A DNA stretch of 64,000 nt from positions 64,001-128,000 of the forward strand of contig CAZWVL010000002.1 of assembly GCA_964637115.1 (NCBI GenBank), read 5' to 3'. This document shows, piece by piece, positions 35,161 through 47,525 of the stretch. Numbering within the stretch: the first letter of the stretch is position 1; each line of letters starts with the position of its first letter. Under the pieces are notes generated by a model that saw nothing but the letters and a program-made list of their open reading frames with translations, did no database searches and was not told the DNA's origin. This DNA is from an uncultured Methanosarcinales archaeon (GTDB lineage Archaea; Nanobdellota; Nanobdellia; Woesearchaeales; ARS49). A program made the translations under genes and the position numbers.

Positions 35161-35580
35161 ATGGACTTGTTATACTTCATTCCCGCATTGCGCATAATAC
35201 TTGGCATACTCTTTATCATCACGGGAGCAATCAAATTTCCCAATCTCAAAGGATTCAGCGTTATTGTAGCGTCTTATGGATTACTTCCACGGCAGGTTGT
35301 AAAGCCAGCAGCATATGCACAGCCATTTATTGAATTTATTATAGGCTGGTGGATATTGTCAGGCAAACAATTGTTCTACGCGTCAATTGCAGGTTTTTTG
35401 ATGATGATTGTTGCAGACATCTTCATCATAAAAGGACTTATGCAGAAAAAGAAAATGGAAAACTGCGGTTGCTATGGTGTGGCGATAAAAGTTCCTTTAA
35501 CGTGGAAGAAACTCGTTGAAAACATTGTATGGACAATACTTTTCATTGTTTTGATAATTGCGGCAAAGCCAGTTATGTGA
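35161..35580 (+). CDS. MauE/DoxX family membrane protein
   Basis: LGILFIITGAIK, PFIEFIIG and NCGCYG. Confidence 0.85.
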   Translation: MDLLYFIPALRIILGILFIITGAIKFPNLKGFSVIVASYGLLPRQVVKPAAYAQPFIEFIIGWWILSGKQLFYASIAGFLMMIVADIFIIKGLMQKKKMENCGCYGVAIKVPLTWKKLVENIVWTILFIVLIIAAKPVM

Positions 35581-36589
35581 TTTTATTCTTCGGCACGCCT
35601 GCCAAGAAAGCATTAATGTTTTCAATTGTGGTATCGAGAATCCTCGATAATGCTTCATTGCTGTTAAAGGCGTTATGAGGAGTAATGATGACCTGAGGGT
35701 GTTCAAGCAAGATATGCTCTTCCAATAAAGTCTTCATATCACAGGCCTTCTGGAAAGTTTCGTGCAACAATTCAGGCTCTTCCTTAATAGCGCACTCCTC
35801 TTCCAGCACGTCAAGACCGCAGGCAGAGAAAATACCCTCCTTCAAGCCAACAAGTATTGCTTCAGTATCAATCAAACCGCCTCTGGCAGTGTTGATAAGC
35901 ACGCAGCCCTTCTTGATTTTTCTGACATTATCTTTGTTAATAATGTGATGCGTTTCAGGCATTTCAGGCAAGTGCAAACTAAGAACATCCGATTGTGCTA
36001 ATAATTCGTCAAAAGAAACGTAAGTAAAGCCGCACTCCTTTGCCAATGCCTCATTGGGAAATTTGTCGAATGCAATAACGCGCATTCCAAATGCTTCAGC
36101 ATAATGAGCAACGTTCCTGCCAATTCGTCCAGAACCCAAAATGCCCAAAGTCTTGCCTTTCAAATCAAAGCCGCGCAAGCCTTCCAAGCCGAAATTCCCT
36201 TTTCTTGTGCGTTCAACACTTGGAATTAATTTTCTTGAAATGGCTAATAAGAGAGCCATAGCGTGTTCTGCAACAGTATTGTCGCCATAAGCCGGAACAT
36301 TGCAGGCAACGATATTTCTTTTCCTGCAAGCTTCAACATCAATATGGTCAAAGCCGGTAGACATTGTTGTGACTAACTTTGCTTTCCCGAGTTTTTTCAA
36401 CAGAGCATCATTAATTTTGGAATAAATGAATAAAGCAATAACATCACAATCAGCAACTTTGTCAGCGTTCTGCTCAGTCAAAGGCTCGTCAAAGAAAAGA
36501 ATTTCCTGGCCTTTAATGAACTTCCTGATATAGTCCTGCATTCCGCCAAGACCAAACTTGGCCAGCTCAAAAAACGCTATTTTTGCCAT
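35573..36589 (-). CDS. D-isomer-specific 2-hydroxyacid dehydrogenase (D-lactate dehydrogenase-like)
   Basis: STGFDHID, VAEHA, GSGRIG, LINTARGGL, LDVLEEE and TPHNAFN. Confidence 0.93.
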   Translation of the reverse strand: MAKIAFFELAKFGLGGMQDYIRKFIKGQEILFFDEPLTEQNADKVADCDVIALFIYSKINDALLKKLGKAKLVTTMSTGFDHIDVEACRKRNIVACNVPAYGDNTVAEHAMALLLAISRKLIPSVERTRKGNFGLEGLRGFDLKGKTLGILGSGRIGRNVAHYAEAFGMRVIAFDKFPNEALAKECGFTYVSFDELLAQSDVLSLHLPEMPETHHIINKDNVRKIKKGCVLINTARGGLIDTEAILVGLKEGIFSACGLDVLEEECAIKEEPELLHETFQKACDMKTLLEEHILLEHPQVIITPHNAFNSNEALSRILDTTIENINAFLAGVPKNKIT

Positions 36590-36627
36590 CTTTTTTCAAG
36601 AAAGCCGCTTTCAGAAGTATTTAAGCG

Positions 36628-37068
36628 TTATGCTACTATACGAATACAAGTCTTGCGAATTACTGGTGCATACTTTGGCAAATCTTCAGCCAGATGAACA
36701 AATACTTCAGAAGGTTCTCTTATTTTTCTGGCAGTTACTGCAGCATCGTCATAATACATTTGTGCGTTTAGTTCTAATCTTATTGGGCACGGTTCCTGCC
36801 AATATACACGCCAATACAGAATGCCATCAGCAAGCTGGCGCAAATGTTCAAACCTGTCAGAAGGTTCATGCGGAATTTTCAGATGACGTTCGATTACTGC
36901 CTGTAAAAGATCTTTAGGCGGGCGTTTAGTTACTTTCGCTGTTATTAACTGAATAATGTAGCTATGAACCGTTGTAGGAGTCCATACTCTTTCCTCTCTT
37001 TCTGATTCCTTAAAAGCAGACTCAATTAAGGTTTTCAGATGCGCTTTCGGATTTATCAGATCCTCCAT
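36628..37068 (-). CDS. Hypothetical protein
   Basis: 146-aa ORF in a co-oriented run. Confidence 0.55.
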   Translation of the reverse strand: MEDLINPKAHLKTLIESAFKESEREERVWTPTTVHSYIIQLITAKVTKRPPKDLLQAVIERHLKIPHEPSDRFEHLRQLADGILYWRVYWQEPCPIRLELNAQMYYDDAAVTARKIREPSEVFVHLAEDLPKYAPVIRKTCIRIVA

Positions 37069-37092
37069 TTTAGATGCAGAAATTAAACTTAA

Positions 37093-37788
37093 TTAAATAT
37101 TTTTCTTTGGAATAGCGACTTCAAGCTCAACTTTCACTTCCTTATCCTTAATGTTATGAACCGAGACGTAAACGTCCATCCACACTTTTTCAGTCCGAGC
37201 CATTTTGGGCTTATATAGCTTGCCGCGCTCGTCACGCAATATCAATTGTTCTCCATCTGAAGGACGCTCCTGGCAATATAAATCTTGAAATTGAACTGCG
37301 TCAGAACTTGGGGTATTGTAATCAAAACCATTACTATTTTTGAAAAAGTTTCCGACTGACTCGAAGCTTATTTTTTTTACCGGCAATCGTGCAACAAGCG
37401 GCAGCAAATACAATACGTCCTTTTCTTTTGGTTTTGTTAAATCTCCGATATCAGTGTTTTCTCCCACGGCATAGGTCTTTGAGAATTTCACTTTAACCTC
37501 ATTTGAGACAATGCCCTGATCCCGTTTGGGATGAACTGACAACAGATATTTTCTCGCATCAATTTCAACTTCAAATTCCTTTGTCATTCTGTTTATCGGC
37601 TGGCCAATGTACTTTACCCTGTCCCCATGCTTGCGTTCAACATTTAGCGGACTGTTGCCTTCAAGCCAGCTGACGAGTTCATCCTGCGGAACAGAACGCA
37701 AACCAAAACCAAGATCAAGCAGAAGTTCCAAGTCATTAAATCCAGAAATTTGCTTCACTGCCCTACTCACGTCAGACAATCCCGGCAT
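37093..37788 (-). CDS. Hypothetical protein
   Basis: Start revised to MPGLSD, which follows a TATA-like TTTAAA on the minus strand. Confidence 0.6.
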   Translation of the reverse strand: MPGLSDVSRAVKQISGFNDLELLLDLGFGLRSVPQDELVSWLEGNSPLNVERKHGDRVKYIGQPINRMTKEFEVEIDARKYLLSVHPKRDQGIVSNEVKVKFSKTYAVGENTDIGDLTKPKEKDVLYLLPLVARLPVKKISFESVGNFFKNSNGFDYNTPSSDAVQFQDLYCQERPSDGEQLILRDERGKLYKPKMARTEKVWMDVYVSVHNIKDKEVKVELEVAIPKKNI

Positions 37789-37931
37789 AGCATCACTCAC
37801 TACAAGTATCCAAAAGTGTATACTGGCTTGCTTTAAATACGTTATGACTAAAAAAGAGCATTTGAAGGAAAGTTGACGTAAATGTGTCAAGTTCGGTACA
37901 TTTTTATATGTGAAATGCTTGTAAACTTTTC

Positions 37932-38549
37932 ATGGAAAGCATAAACCAGCAAGTGTGGAAAGCGCTGCAGACTGACCCTGCGATAATGAGAGACTTACAA
38001 AGAAAGTTGGTCAACACAAGAGCTTTGGCAAAATATTTGATACAAAAATATGACTTTAAAGTAAGCTTGGACGCAATTATTTCTTCAATAAGGCGCTTCC
38101 CGTTGGATGCTTACCAAGAAGAAGAAAAAATACTGCAGCACATATTCAAGGAAGCAATTGTCAGCACAAAAAATAACATTGCCTGCGTTACTGTAAACAT
38201 GGCTCCGAACGAAGCATTTGCAAAAATCTGCGGGCTAAACCTGCCCCTGCTGCGAATGACGACAGGAACTGAGGAAGTCAAGATCCTTGTTGAAAACGGC
38301 ATGGCAGAAAAAATCGCAAAACTTTTCAAAAATCCAGAAATTGAGCACAATCTGAGCGAGATAAGCATCACAGTTGCAGAGAAAGCACACAGGACAAAAG
38401 GAGTGCTGGCAAGAATGGCAGCAGAAATGGCCCTGGCAAACATAAACATACACGAGTTATGCATGTGCTCACCAGAATACTTGATTTACGTATCACAAAA
38501 AGACATTGTGAAAGCGCACGAAAGAATAATTACGCTCACACAAAGTTAA
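37932..38549 (+). CDS. HTH plus ACT-domain protein
   Basis: N-terminal LQRKLVNTRALAKYL...DAIISSIRR and C-terminal ACT GVLARMAAEMALANINIHE. Confidence 0.8.
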   Translation: MESINQQVWKALQTDPAIMRDLQRKLVNTRALAKYLIQKYDFKVSLDAIISSIRRFPLDAYQEEEKILQHIFKEAIVSTKNNIACVTVNMAPNEAFAKICGLNLPLLRMTTGTEEVKILVENGMAEKIAKLFKNPEIEHNLSEISITVAEKAHRTKGVLARMAAEMALANINIHELCMCSPEYLIYVSQKDIVKAHERIITLTQS

Positions 38550-38658
38550 TATAAGATAGAAGAGCATTTTAATAAAAAAAGGTGAATTATGGTAAGAGTT
38601 GCTATTAAGGCAGCGCCAAGCAGAGCTTGGCTGGCCATTAATTGCAAGAGGTGCATAA

Positions 38659-40091
<1,433 letters not shown>

Positions 40092-40092
<1 letters not shown>

Positions 40093-40760
40093 TACACAAT
40101 GTGCGCCTTGATTATCTTCACTTCAGTCTTCGGCTTGTCACCAGGATTTGTAGGTGTTGAACCAATCTTGTCCAACACATCAACGCCCTCCATAACTTCT
40201 CCGAAAATGGCGTGCTTGCCGTCAAGCCAAGGTGTAGGGACAAGCGTAATGAAAAACTGACTTCCGCCAGAGTTAGGGCCTGAATTTGCCATGCTTAAGA
40301 TGCCTTTCTTGTCGTGCTTCAAACCAGGACCGAATTCGTCTGGAATTTTGTAGCCAGGACCGCCTGTGCCAGTTCCAGTTGGATCTCCGCCCTGAATCAT
40401 AAAGTTCTTTATGACTCTGTGGAAGATTGTGCCATCATAATATCCTTTTTCAATTAAATCCTTGAAATTCTTGACCGTCTTTGGCGCTTTGTCATCAAAC
40501 AATCTTACTTTCATATTACCCATAGTTGTTTCCAGAACTACAATATTTCCCATACTTTTCTCCTCCACTTCCAATTTTTCAACTTCTTCCAATACTTTTT
40601 CAGCCTCAACACTTTCAGACTCTATTTTCTCTGCATCAGACTGAGCCTGCTCTACCTGCTCAGCCGCCTTTGAAACATCATCTAATTCATCTTTAATTAT
40701 CGGCTTGGCCGGCTGCGCGCACGCGACCAATATTAACATAAATAATATAATCCATTTCAT
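40092..40760 (-). CDS. Cyclophilin-type peptidyl-prolyl isomerase, lipoprotein
   Basis: Lipobox LVAC, then [31 protein letters not shown] and [10 protein letters not shown]. Confidence 0.95.
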
Positions 40761-40761
40761 T

Positions 40762-41706
40762 TTAGTCCTCCTTCCGTATCCCAGCTACGAAAAATCCCTC
40801 AGTATCGTTATCCTGAGGCCACATCCTCAGACAGTTGTGAACTTCAGGATTATAAATTTCTCCGTCAAATTCTAAAATAGGCTTGCTCTTGATAGGCAGG
40901 TCAATTTCCAGCATTCTTGCATCTTTTGCGTTTTCCAACAAATAACTAACTACAGCTTCATTCTCTTCCGGCTCAGTCGAACAAGTACTGTAAACCAAAG
41001 TGCCCCCTGGCTTCAAAACTTTCCAAGCAGCCATTATTAACTTCCTTTGCATTCTTGACAATCTTTTCACCATGTCCGGATTCCACATCATAATGGTCTT
41101 GGGAGATTTTCTTATTGTGCCTGTACCTGAACAGGGAGCATCCAGCAGCACTTTGTCAAACACCACTCCAGCATCAGCAAACTTCTCGCCCTGCATCAAA
41201 GTAATAATGTGATTATAGCTGCCAATGCGCTGCATGTTAATGCCTAAAGCAGCCAAACGGTCGCCCTTGACGTCATTTGCAACAACCATTCCCTCGTTCT
41301 TCAAATATTGCGCGATTTGGGAAGCTTTGCTGCCAGGAGAAGCAGCCATATCAAGAATAATGTCGCCTGGCTGAGGGTCAAGAACGACAGGAGGAATCAT
41401 ACTTGCAGCTTCCTGAACATAATAATAACCTAATGCGTGCTCAATTGTGTTGCCAACGTCTAATCTGCCGCCTTTATGCTCAATGAAAAATCCTTCCTTG
41501 CACCAGAGAACCGGCTCAAGATTCCAGTCATTCTGAAGTCTTTTGGCGCATTCTTCAACAGAAATCTTTAATGTGTTAATCCTGATTGATTTGCGCAAAA
41601 AAGAAAGCGTGTATTTCTTGAATTCTTCCCAGTCAGTCAGCTTGCTATAACGCTCTACAAATTTGTCCTTGAATACGTATTTTGCTGCATCTGGAAAAGG
41701 CTTCAT
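40762..41706 (-). CDS. RsmB/NOP2 family RNA cytosine-C5 methyltransferase
   Basis: [36 protein letters not shown] and GFFVA. Confidence 0.93.
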   Translation of the reverse strand: MKPFPDAAKYVFKDKFVERYSKLTDWEEFKKYTLSFLRKSIRINTLKISVEECAKRLQNDWNLEPVLWCKEGFFIEHKGGRLDVGNTIEHALGYYYVQEAASMIPPVVLDPQPGDIILDMAASPGSKASQIAQYLKNEGMVVANDVKGDRLAALGINMQRIGSYNHIITLMQGEKFADAGVVFDKVLLDAPCSGTGTIRKSPKTIMMWNPDMVKRLSRMQRKLIMAAWKVLKPGGTLVYSTCSTEPEENEAVVSYLLENAKDARMLEIDLPIKSKPILEFDGEIYNPEVHNCLRMWPQDNDTEGFFVAGIRKED

Positions 41707-43355
41707 AATGTTTTGCTCACGTATGGTCCATCAATTTTATAGCCCAATTTATAATAGTATTCCCTTGCACCAATGCCGGAAATTACGAGAATCTTTTCGC
41801 ATTTGAATTCTTCCTTCGCAATCCGTTCTGCCTCTGCCATCAACTGCCTGCCAAGACCTTTGTGCTGCACATCACCCTGCTCGCCTAACGGGACAGCTTG
41901 ACCATAGACGTGCAGTTCCCTTATGCCGGCACTGTTCTTTGGAATTTCAGAACGGTGAGACTCTGGAACAATTCTTAACCTGCAAAAGCCGAGCAACAAG
42001 TCATTTTTTGTGTCTTCAAATGACAGGAAAATTTCTTTTCCGCCACTTGCTTCGTAATCTTCACGCAATAATTTGACTGAAGACCAATCAATAACGTGTT
42101 CACGCGGCTCCCTGCAGCGAATGCAGCGACATTTCAAGCCCTTTTCCTTCAGTTTCTGTTCAACCAACTGGCGCATATTCGTCAAATTAGGGCCGGCATC
42201 AATCACAGTGCTTGGAATATCTCTTTGCACGCGCATAATCCTGCACCACTTTGGAACGTGCTTCTTAGCTTCAACAATAATATCTGCAGCATCCTCTGAA
42301 GATAATGGGAGGTACTTGCCAGCTTTCCAAAGACCGTACAGGCCAGTGCCTTTCAAGACAGTTGTCGGATAAATTTTGATTGCATCAGGCATATAATCAG
42401 AATTTGTAAAGAGCTCTTTGTAATCTTCCAAGTCCATGTGCTTGGTCATGCCAGGCAAACCAGGCATCATATGATAGCCAACCTTTAGCAAACTATTGCG
42501 CATTAATTTTGTAGCTTTGACAGCGTCCTGGAGCGTGTGCCCACGGTGAGTTGATTTCATAACATTTTCGCGCAAACACTGCACGCCCATTTCAACTCTT
42601 GTCGTGCCAAGTTTCAGCATTCCATCAATATGAGGCTCGAAACACCAATCAGGTTTTGTCTCAATGCAGAGAGCAACGCAACGGATTTTAGCTTTTTCAT
42701 TACGCATTTGCTCTGCCTCAAGAGAACTTGCACCTTTGAGTTTCAGTTCCTTTTCGTGAATGTGCTTTGTTCTTTCAGCATCACCAACTTTGCCAGGCAG
42801 TTCAAAGAACGACAAGAACTTATCCATGTCAACTTCTTCTTTATAGAACATTTCGCCAAAATCATTCATTGCCTTTAGCGCATATGTGATGAAATCTTCC
42901 TGATACTGCACAGGCAGAGCAGGAAAAGTGCCTCCCTGCACGATAACTTCAGTTTTTTGAGGTAGGTGGCCAGTTGCAATGAATTGTTCCAATCTGTTAA
43001 AAACAATCAAATAAGGGTCATAAAAATTCCTGATGCCTCGCATCGTACTTGGCTCTTTTCCTGTGTATGACTGCGGAACATTGCCGAACGGAGAATCAGG
43101 ACCGCCAGGACAATAAACGCACTTTCCGTGCGGACAGGAAAAAGGAGCGGTCATCAACGCAAGTGGAGAAACACCAGACATAGTGCGCATAGGCTTTGTC
43201 TGCACTTTAGCCTTAGTGCGTAGAAAAACTTCAACATTACTCGGAATACTGGCCAGATTGTATTTTTTTGAGAGCTTGACCTTAAGCTTGGCTAGAGCTT
43301 CCTTTGAAACACCCTTCCTTACAGCTTCCTCAACTTCAACAAAAAACCCATTCAT
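41703..43355 (-). CDS. elp3: Elp3 radical SAM/KAT tRNA uridine(34) acetyltransferase
   Basis: CPHGKCVYCPGG, ETKPD, KIYPT, RVQRDIP and RELHVYG...QHKGLG. Confidence 0.96.
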   Translation of the reverse strand: MNGFFVEVEEAVRKGVSKEALAKLKVKLSKKYNLASIPSNVEVFLRTKAKVQTKPMRTMSGVSPLALMTAPFSCPHGKCVYCPGGPDSPFGNVPQSYTGKEPSTMRGIRNFYDPYLIVFNRLEQFIATGHLPQKTEVIVQGGTFPALPVQYQEDFITYALKAMNDFGEMFYKEEVDMDKFLSFFELPGKVGDAERTKHIHEKELKLKGASSLEAEQMRNEKAKIRCVALCIETKPDWCFEPHIDGMLKLGTTRVEMGVQCLRENVMKSTHRGHTLQDAVKATKLMRNSLLKVGYHMMPGLPGMTKHMDLEDYKELFTNSDYMPDAIKIYPTTVLKGTGLYGLWKAGKYLPLSSEDAADIIVEAKKHVPKWCRIMRVQRDIPSTVIDAGPNLTNMRQLVEQKLKEKGLKCRCIRCREPREHVIDWSSVKLLREDYEASGGKEIFLSFEDTKNDLLLGFCRLRIVPESHRSEIPKNSAGIRELHVYGQAVPLGEQGDVQHKGLGRQLMAEAERIAKEEFKCEKILVISGIGAREYYYKLGYKIDGPYVSKTL

Positions 43356-43386
43356 TTCAGAAAAGTTCCCGACGATGTTTATAAAT

Positions 43387-44007
43387 TTATTCGCTTTCCA
43401 TCTTTTTCAAGTATTCTGGGCCAAGCATTTTTTGTTGAAGAGCGTTTAGAGCATAACCAAAACAAACAGGAATTCCGAGCGAATTCAGGCCTTTCTCAGC
43501 TCTAATACCTGCGATGAAATCCATGGGCCAACTAGTGTTCAATGGAGGAGGGCCAACAAGTCCAATAGTATACATGTAATCTTTCCAAGCGCCTCTCGAA
43601 TCACCCATCGCTTGCAAAGCCCTTCCACGTTTTGCGTAACGCAAAGCCTCTTCCGGCTCCAAATTTATAGCACGATTAAAATTTGTTATGGCCTCAGAAA
43701 AATTTCCTCTTTTGCTTAAGATTGTTCCAAGCTTGCTATATGCGGTTGCTAGTCCATTAATGCTCAGAGCGCAAACCTTTGAATCATGCATTTCCAATAA
43801 ACGCTCCAAATCGGCAACAGCTTCATCAAATCTTTTTAGTCCTATGAATGCTAGAGAACGACTGTGATAAGCGTAAGCGTTGTTAGGATGCAGTTCGATT
43901 AAATCAGAACAGATGCCGATTACTTTATTGAGGTTTGGAATTTCATCTGACCAATATGCTGCCCTGAGTGTGTCGCGTGCCAATTCAACCTGTGTATCCG
44001 GATCCAT
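43387..44007 (-). CDS. TPR-repeat protein
   Basis: AYAYHSRSLAF...AVADLER and AYSKLGTILSKRGNFSEAITNFNRAINLEP. Confidence 0.85.
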   Translation of the reverse strand: MDPDTQVELARDTLRAAYWSDEIPNLNKVIGICSDLIELHPNNAYAYHSRSLAFIGLKRFDEAVADLERLLEMHDSKVCALSINGLATAYSKLGTILSKRGNFSEAITNFNRAINLEPEEALRYAKRGRALQAMGDSRGAWKDYMYTIGLVGPPPLNTSWPMDFIAGIRAEKGLNSLGIPVCFGYALNALQQKMLGPEYLKKMESE

Positions 44008-44064
44008 CTTAGCATATGACGAGAAGGTTTTTAATTAAGTTTTCGCAGACCTTTTAAACCTATT

Positions 44065-44610
44065 TTATTCGCCCGGCGCAGAGAATCTGATGCTGGAAAT
44101 GTGCAAAGCAGTTCCGGGTTCAAGAATCACGTCAAGGTATAATGTCAAACTGCTGAACAATGAATCATCAAGAAGACAAGTTTCCGCGCACTCGTTCCTG
44201 AATGCGCCTTCAATTGTTTTATAGCCAGTTGGAAGCGATTCAATCTTGTCAATCTTATTCCCGGGCTCAATGTTTAATTCACTAACTGTCATTCCTGTAA
44301 TGACTTCCATTGCGGAACCCGGCTTTTTCTTATTTGAAAATACAAGCCAGCGCAAATTACCATCAGACAAGTACACGTTCACCAGGCCTGCACCTTTGAC
44401 TGTTCCGGTCAGTGCAAGCGAGGAAATCTTCATCAGCTCGCCTGAAGACGCGGTAAGAATAAAACGCTGGCTTTCTGAAACGTCAATATTTAATTCCTGA
44501 GAATACGTTTCAGTCGGCACAAAACCAGTGATGCTCGGCTTTCCCAGCAAAAGTGCTGCACAAACAAGACCAAGCACAATCAATCCAAGCACCGCACGGT
44601 GAAATTCCAT
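44065..44610 (-). CDS. Secreted or anchored beta-domain protein
   Basis: Signal helix with ITGFV; it shares a domain with 45302-46120. Confidence 0.7.
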   Translation of the reverse strand: MEFHRAVLGLIVLGLVCAALLLGKPSITGFVPTETYSQELNIDVSESQRFILTASSGELMKISSLALTGTVKGAGLVNVYLSDGNLRWLVFSNKKKPGSAMEVITGMTVSELNIEPGNKIDKIESLPTGYKTIEGAFRNECAETCLLDDSLFSSLTLYLDVILEPGTALHISSIRFSAPGE

Positions 44611-44615
44611 GAGTT

Positions 44616-45320
44616 TTACTCTCCTGAAAGCTGTTTATAAATCTTTTCGATTTCGTCACGCTCAGAAGCATTACCCATTGAATCAATTTTTTTCAGCACG
44701 TTAGTCCATTCATCTTTAACAAGATCATCAGTGTTGACTTTTTCTCCTGTTTTCTCCGCCCTCTTGAGACGTGCTGCAACCTTTTCCGCAACTTCCTCAA
44801 TCTGACTCTTCAATTTTGCGGCAACAGGCGAGCTTTTCTCCCTGACTTTGGAAAGAAAGGACCTGACCCTGTCTTTTAGGGGCACTGGAGGCTCTAGATG
44901 CATGCCAATATCTCCTGTCTCCTTCCATTTTGAGACTGCGCTGTTCAAATTGCTCACGATATGCTCATGAATGCGCTCACGCATTTCTTCCTTTTCCTGC
45001 TTTTTCAATTGCTCGGCATCAAGCTCTTCTTCAATCTCTGCAGTTTCAAGAATTTCTTTCTCTTTCTTGGCAGAATCAATCTCCCTTTCAGGAACTGCAG
45101 CGCCCTCTGCAGTAATTCTGATACCGTGCTCTATTGCAACAGATTCTTTCTCAACTGATTTTTCTTCAACCGGCTGCTCAGGAACATCTTCAACGATTTC
45201 CTTGAACAATCCGGCCACTTTGTGCTTGAATAACGAGAATTTAGAAGAGTCTCTCTGTTTGCCGTGCTCGTGATGTTCAGCACGGTGCTTTTCGTGATGG
45301 TTCACTTCTTTTGCTCCCAT
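44616..45320 (-). CDS. Charged helical hypothetical protein
   Basis: Start revised to MGAKEV; His-rich N-terminus and E/K-rich body. Confidence 0.6.
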   Translation of the reverse strand: MGAKEVNHHEKHRAEHHEHGKQRDSSKFSLFKHKVAGLFKEIVEDVPEQPVEEKSVEKESVAIEHGIRITAEGAAVPEREIDSAKKEKEILETAEIEEELDAEQLKKQEKEEMRERIHEHIVSNLNSAVSKWKETGDIGMHLEPPVPLKDRVRSFLSKVREKSSPVAAKLKSQIEEVAEKVAARLKRAEKTGEKVNTDDLVKDEWTNVLKKIDSMGNASERDEIEKIYKQLSGE

Positions 45321-46120
45321 TCTTCTTCTGCCTCTTCCAATTCCTTCCATACGCTAACAGATGGCTTGGCTGGGTCTTTATTCATCTGCAGCATTTCAAA
45401 AGCCAGGAGGGCGAATAATATGATAAATACGCCTGCAGCACAAATACTTGCCGCTTTTTTTGCAGTAACTGCGATAGCGGCCGTTGGAGCGGCAACTGAA
45501 ACGCCGAATACGCCGCCCAATATTAAAAACGCGCCCAGAAAAACCATAACAAGGATTTTCTTTGTTGTGGGATTATTGCAGAAATGGCCAACGGTGTGCG
45601 ATCCAACCACTGCTACAACTAACAGCAAGACAAGCACCAGCATTGAATGATCGGGCGCGCTTGACTGTTGTATTGTTTTGATTGCAAGACCGCTTGGATT
45701 TAAGGGCACGGAAAAGTGAAGCGCGTCAATAGAAAGCATACCAGGACCTGAGATGTATACGAACAACTGTTTTGGTATTACGCCCGGCAGGTCACAGCTT
45801 TCTATGCACGCAGAGTCAAAGCTCGCGCCAAAAGCAGAGAGTTCGACTGTCTCCATCAATACTCCAGTATCAAAAACCAACCAACGCTCAGGACCTTCAG
45901 TAACGAGCCATACTTGCGCATAACCAGGACCCTCCCACGAGCCAGAAATTCCAAAACCGCTTAGAGGAAAAGAACGCAAAAACGGAATTTCTTTTGTTTC
46001 AGAAAAACGATAATGAGCTTCTTCAGTAAACTCAGTAACTTGCGCGGGCTTGACTGATATGACGCCCAGAACAATTCCAATAACAATGGTAGTAATCAGC
46101 ACTGCTTTTTTCCACATCAT
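45302..46120 (-). CDS. Membrane protein with an extracellular beta domain
   Basis: Signal helix, a beta domain (GxGx..V(W/Y)L...RWLVF...C.E(S/T)C), then three TM helices. Confidence 0.7.
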   Translation of the reverse strand: MMWKKAVLITTIVIGIVLGVISVKPAQVTEFTEEAHYRFSETKEIPFLRSFPLSGFGISGSWEGPGYAQVWLVTEGPERWLVFDTGVLMETVELSAFGASFDSACIESCDLPGVIPKQLFVYISGPGMLSIDALHFSVPLNPSGLAIKTIQQSSAPDHSMLVLVLLLVVAVVGSHTVGHFCNNPTTKKILVMVFLGAFLILGGVFGVSVAAPTAAIAVTAKKAASICAAGVFIILFALLAFEMLQMNKDPAKPSVSVWKELEEAEEEWEQKK

Positions 46121-46677
46121 TGCACCACTGCCGTGATAACATCAAAGTAAAGATCGTTTTTCTCAGGGCAAGCGTTGTTGCACTTCACAATATCATCCCA
46201 CGCATTTTCCACTTTCCTGTCCTGCGATTCCTTCACCTGCTCGTTAGCAATACTCAATGCCTTTGAAAATTCCAACAAGTGTTCAGGATCTCCCCAGTAC
46301 TTTGCTGTCGCGATAATGTTGATTAATAATGCGCTTTCTGGTATGTCCTTTTCGAAAGCGGCAACTGTAACCAATACCATATCAAGATAAGCTTCATCAG
46401 GGCAGGCAGTTGACAAGCACTTAGTCATCCTGTCCCATTGATCCTTCACTTCAGCACTGTCAGATTCTGCGACAAGGTCGTCCAAATTGCTGATAAGATT
46501 GGCACGGTCAACAGGGTCAGCAGCTTTTCTCAGCTCAATACTCTTGTAAATAATAGGCTTTACTGGAGGCTCGCTGGACACCACTTTAACGATAATCATA
46601 ACTGCGGCAACAATGATGATAATGCCCAGAATTGAAAATATAACAGTGCTAAAACCTCTTTGAACGGCCATGCCCAA
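46117..46677 (-). CDS. Anchored helical protein with a class III (pilin-type) signal-like N-terminus
   Basis: QRG|FSTVIFSILGIII, and two Cys pairs (CLSTAC, CNNAC). Confidence 0.6.
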   Translation of the reverse strand: MGMAVQRGFSTVIFSILGIIIIVAAVMIIVKVVSSEPPVKPIIYKSIELRKAADPVDRANLISNLDDLVAESDSAEVKDQWDRMTKCLSTACPDEAYLDMVLVTVAAFEKDIPESALLINIIATAKYWGDPEHLLEFSKALSIANEQVKESQDRKVENAWDDIVKCNNACPEKNDLYFDVITAVVQ

Positions 46678-46717
46678 CTTAACAGTTTAACTATATTAAA
46701 AGGTTACGGTATAAGAA

Positions 46718-47485
46718 TTATTTCTTTGCTTCTGGTTTTGCAGCCGCACCAGGAGCGCCCGGCTTTGCACCTGGAGCGCCAGGAGCAGCAGCGCCTTCAA
46801 CCGGCAGCAATTCTTCAATAATGACAGTTGGAATCTTTGCCTCAACCAATTTTGCCTTAATGGCTCCTCTCGGCTGGCCGGCCATACTTTCAATAATTTG
46901 CTTCGCAGTTGCCATAAACTCAGCCTTACGTTTTTCGATGTCAGCAAGCAGTTTTTGTTTCTTCTGCTCGAGCTCTCTCAACTCTTCAGCTGACAACTCT
47001 GTTTTCTCTGCCTTGATTTCAGCATCATACTGGCCGCTGTTGATATCCTGAATAGTTTCAACTGCCCTCTTGCCCTCGATCATAACACCCATACTGTTAC
47101 AAGTGCCGGCAATTTCCTTAACCATTGCAAACATGTCCCTGCCGGACAAATTATCCTGTTTCATTTTGGCTATTTTAATGACCTGCTCAATCTTCAAATC
47201 TGCAACAAGGTCAGTCTCTGGAGAACCAGAACCCTTCTCAATATGAGCTTCCTGTTTGACCAACGCGCTTGCAGGAGGAGTGCCAACAGTAATTGTAACA
47301 TTCTTAGCTTCATCAACAACAATCTTGACAGGAACCTGAACGCCCTTGAAGTCAGCAGTTTTCTTATTGATATCAGAAATAATCTGGCCTATGTTTACGC
47401 CCAACGGACCTAGAGCTGGACCTAACGGAGGTGCAGCTGATGCTTTACCACCTTCAATCATTGCGTCTACAGTCTGCTTAGGCAT
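46718..47485 (-). CDS. rpl11: 50S ribosomal protein L11 with a long C-terminal extension
   Basis: GGKASAAPPLGPALGPLG, VGTPPAS and GTCNSMG, plus about 90 extra C-terminal residues. Confidence 0.95.
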   Translation of the reverse strand: MPKQTVDAMIEGGKASAAPPLGPALGPLGVNIGQIISDINKKTADFKGVQVPVKIVVDEAKNVTITVGTPPASALVKQEAHIEKGSGSPETDLVADLKIEQVIKIAKMKQDNLSGRDMFAMVKEIAGTCNSMGVMIEGKRAVETIQDINSGQYDAEIKAEKTELSAEELRELEQKKQKLLADIEKRKAEFMATAKQIIESMAGQPRGAIKAKLVEAKIPTVIIEELLPVEGAAAPGAPGAKPGAPGAAAKPEAKK

Positions 47486-47525
47486 GTATATGGTCCCCCT
47501 ATGCTTCCTTTAAAAAGCTTTCTCT

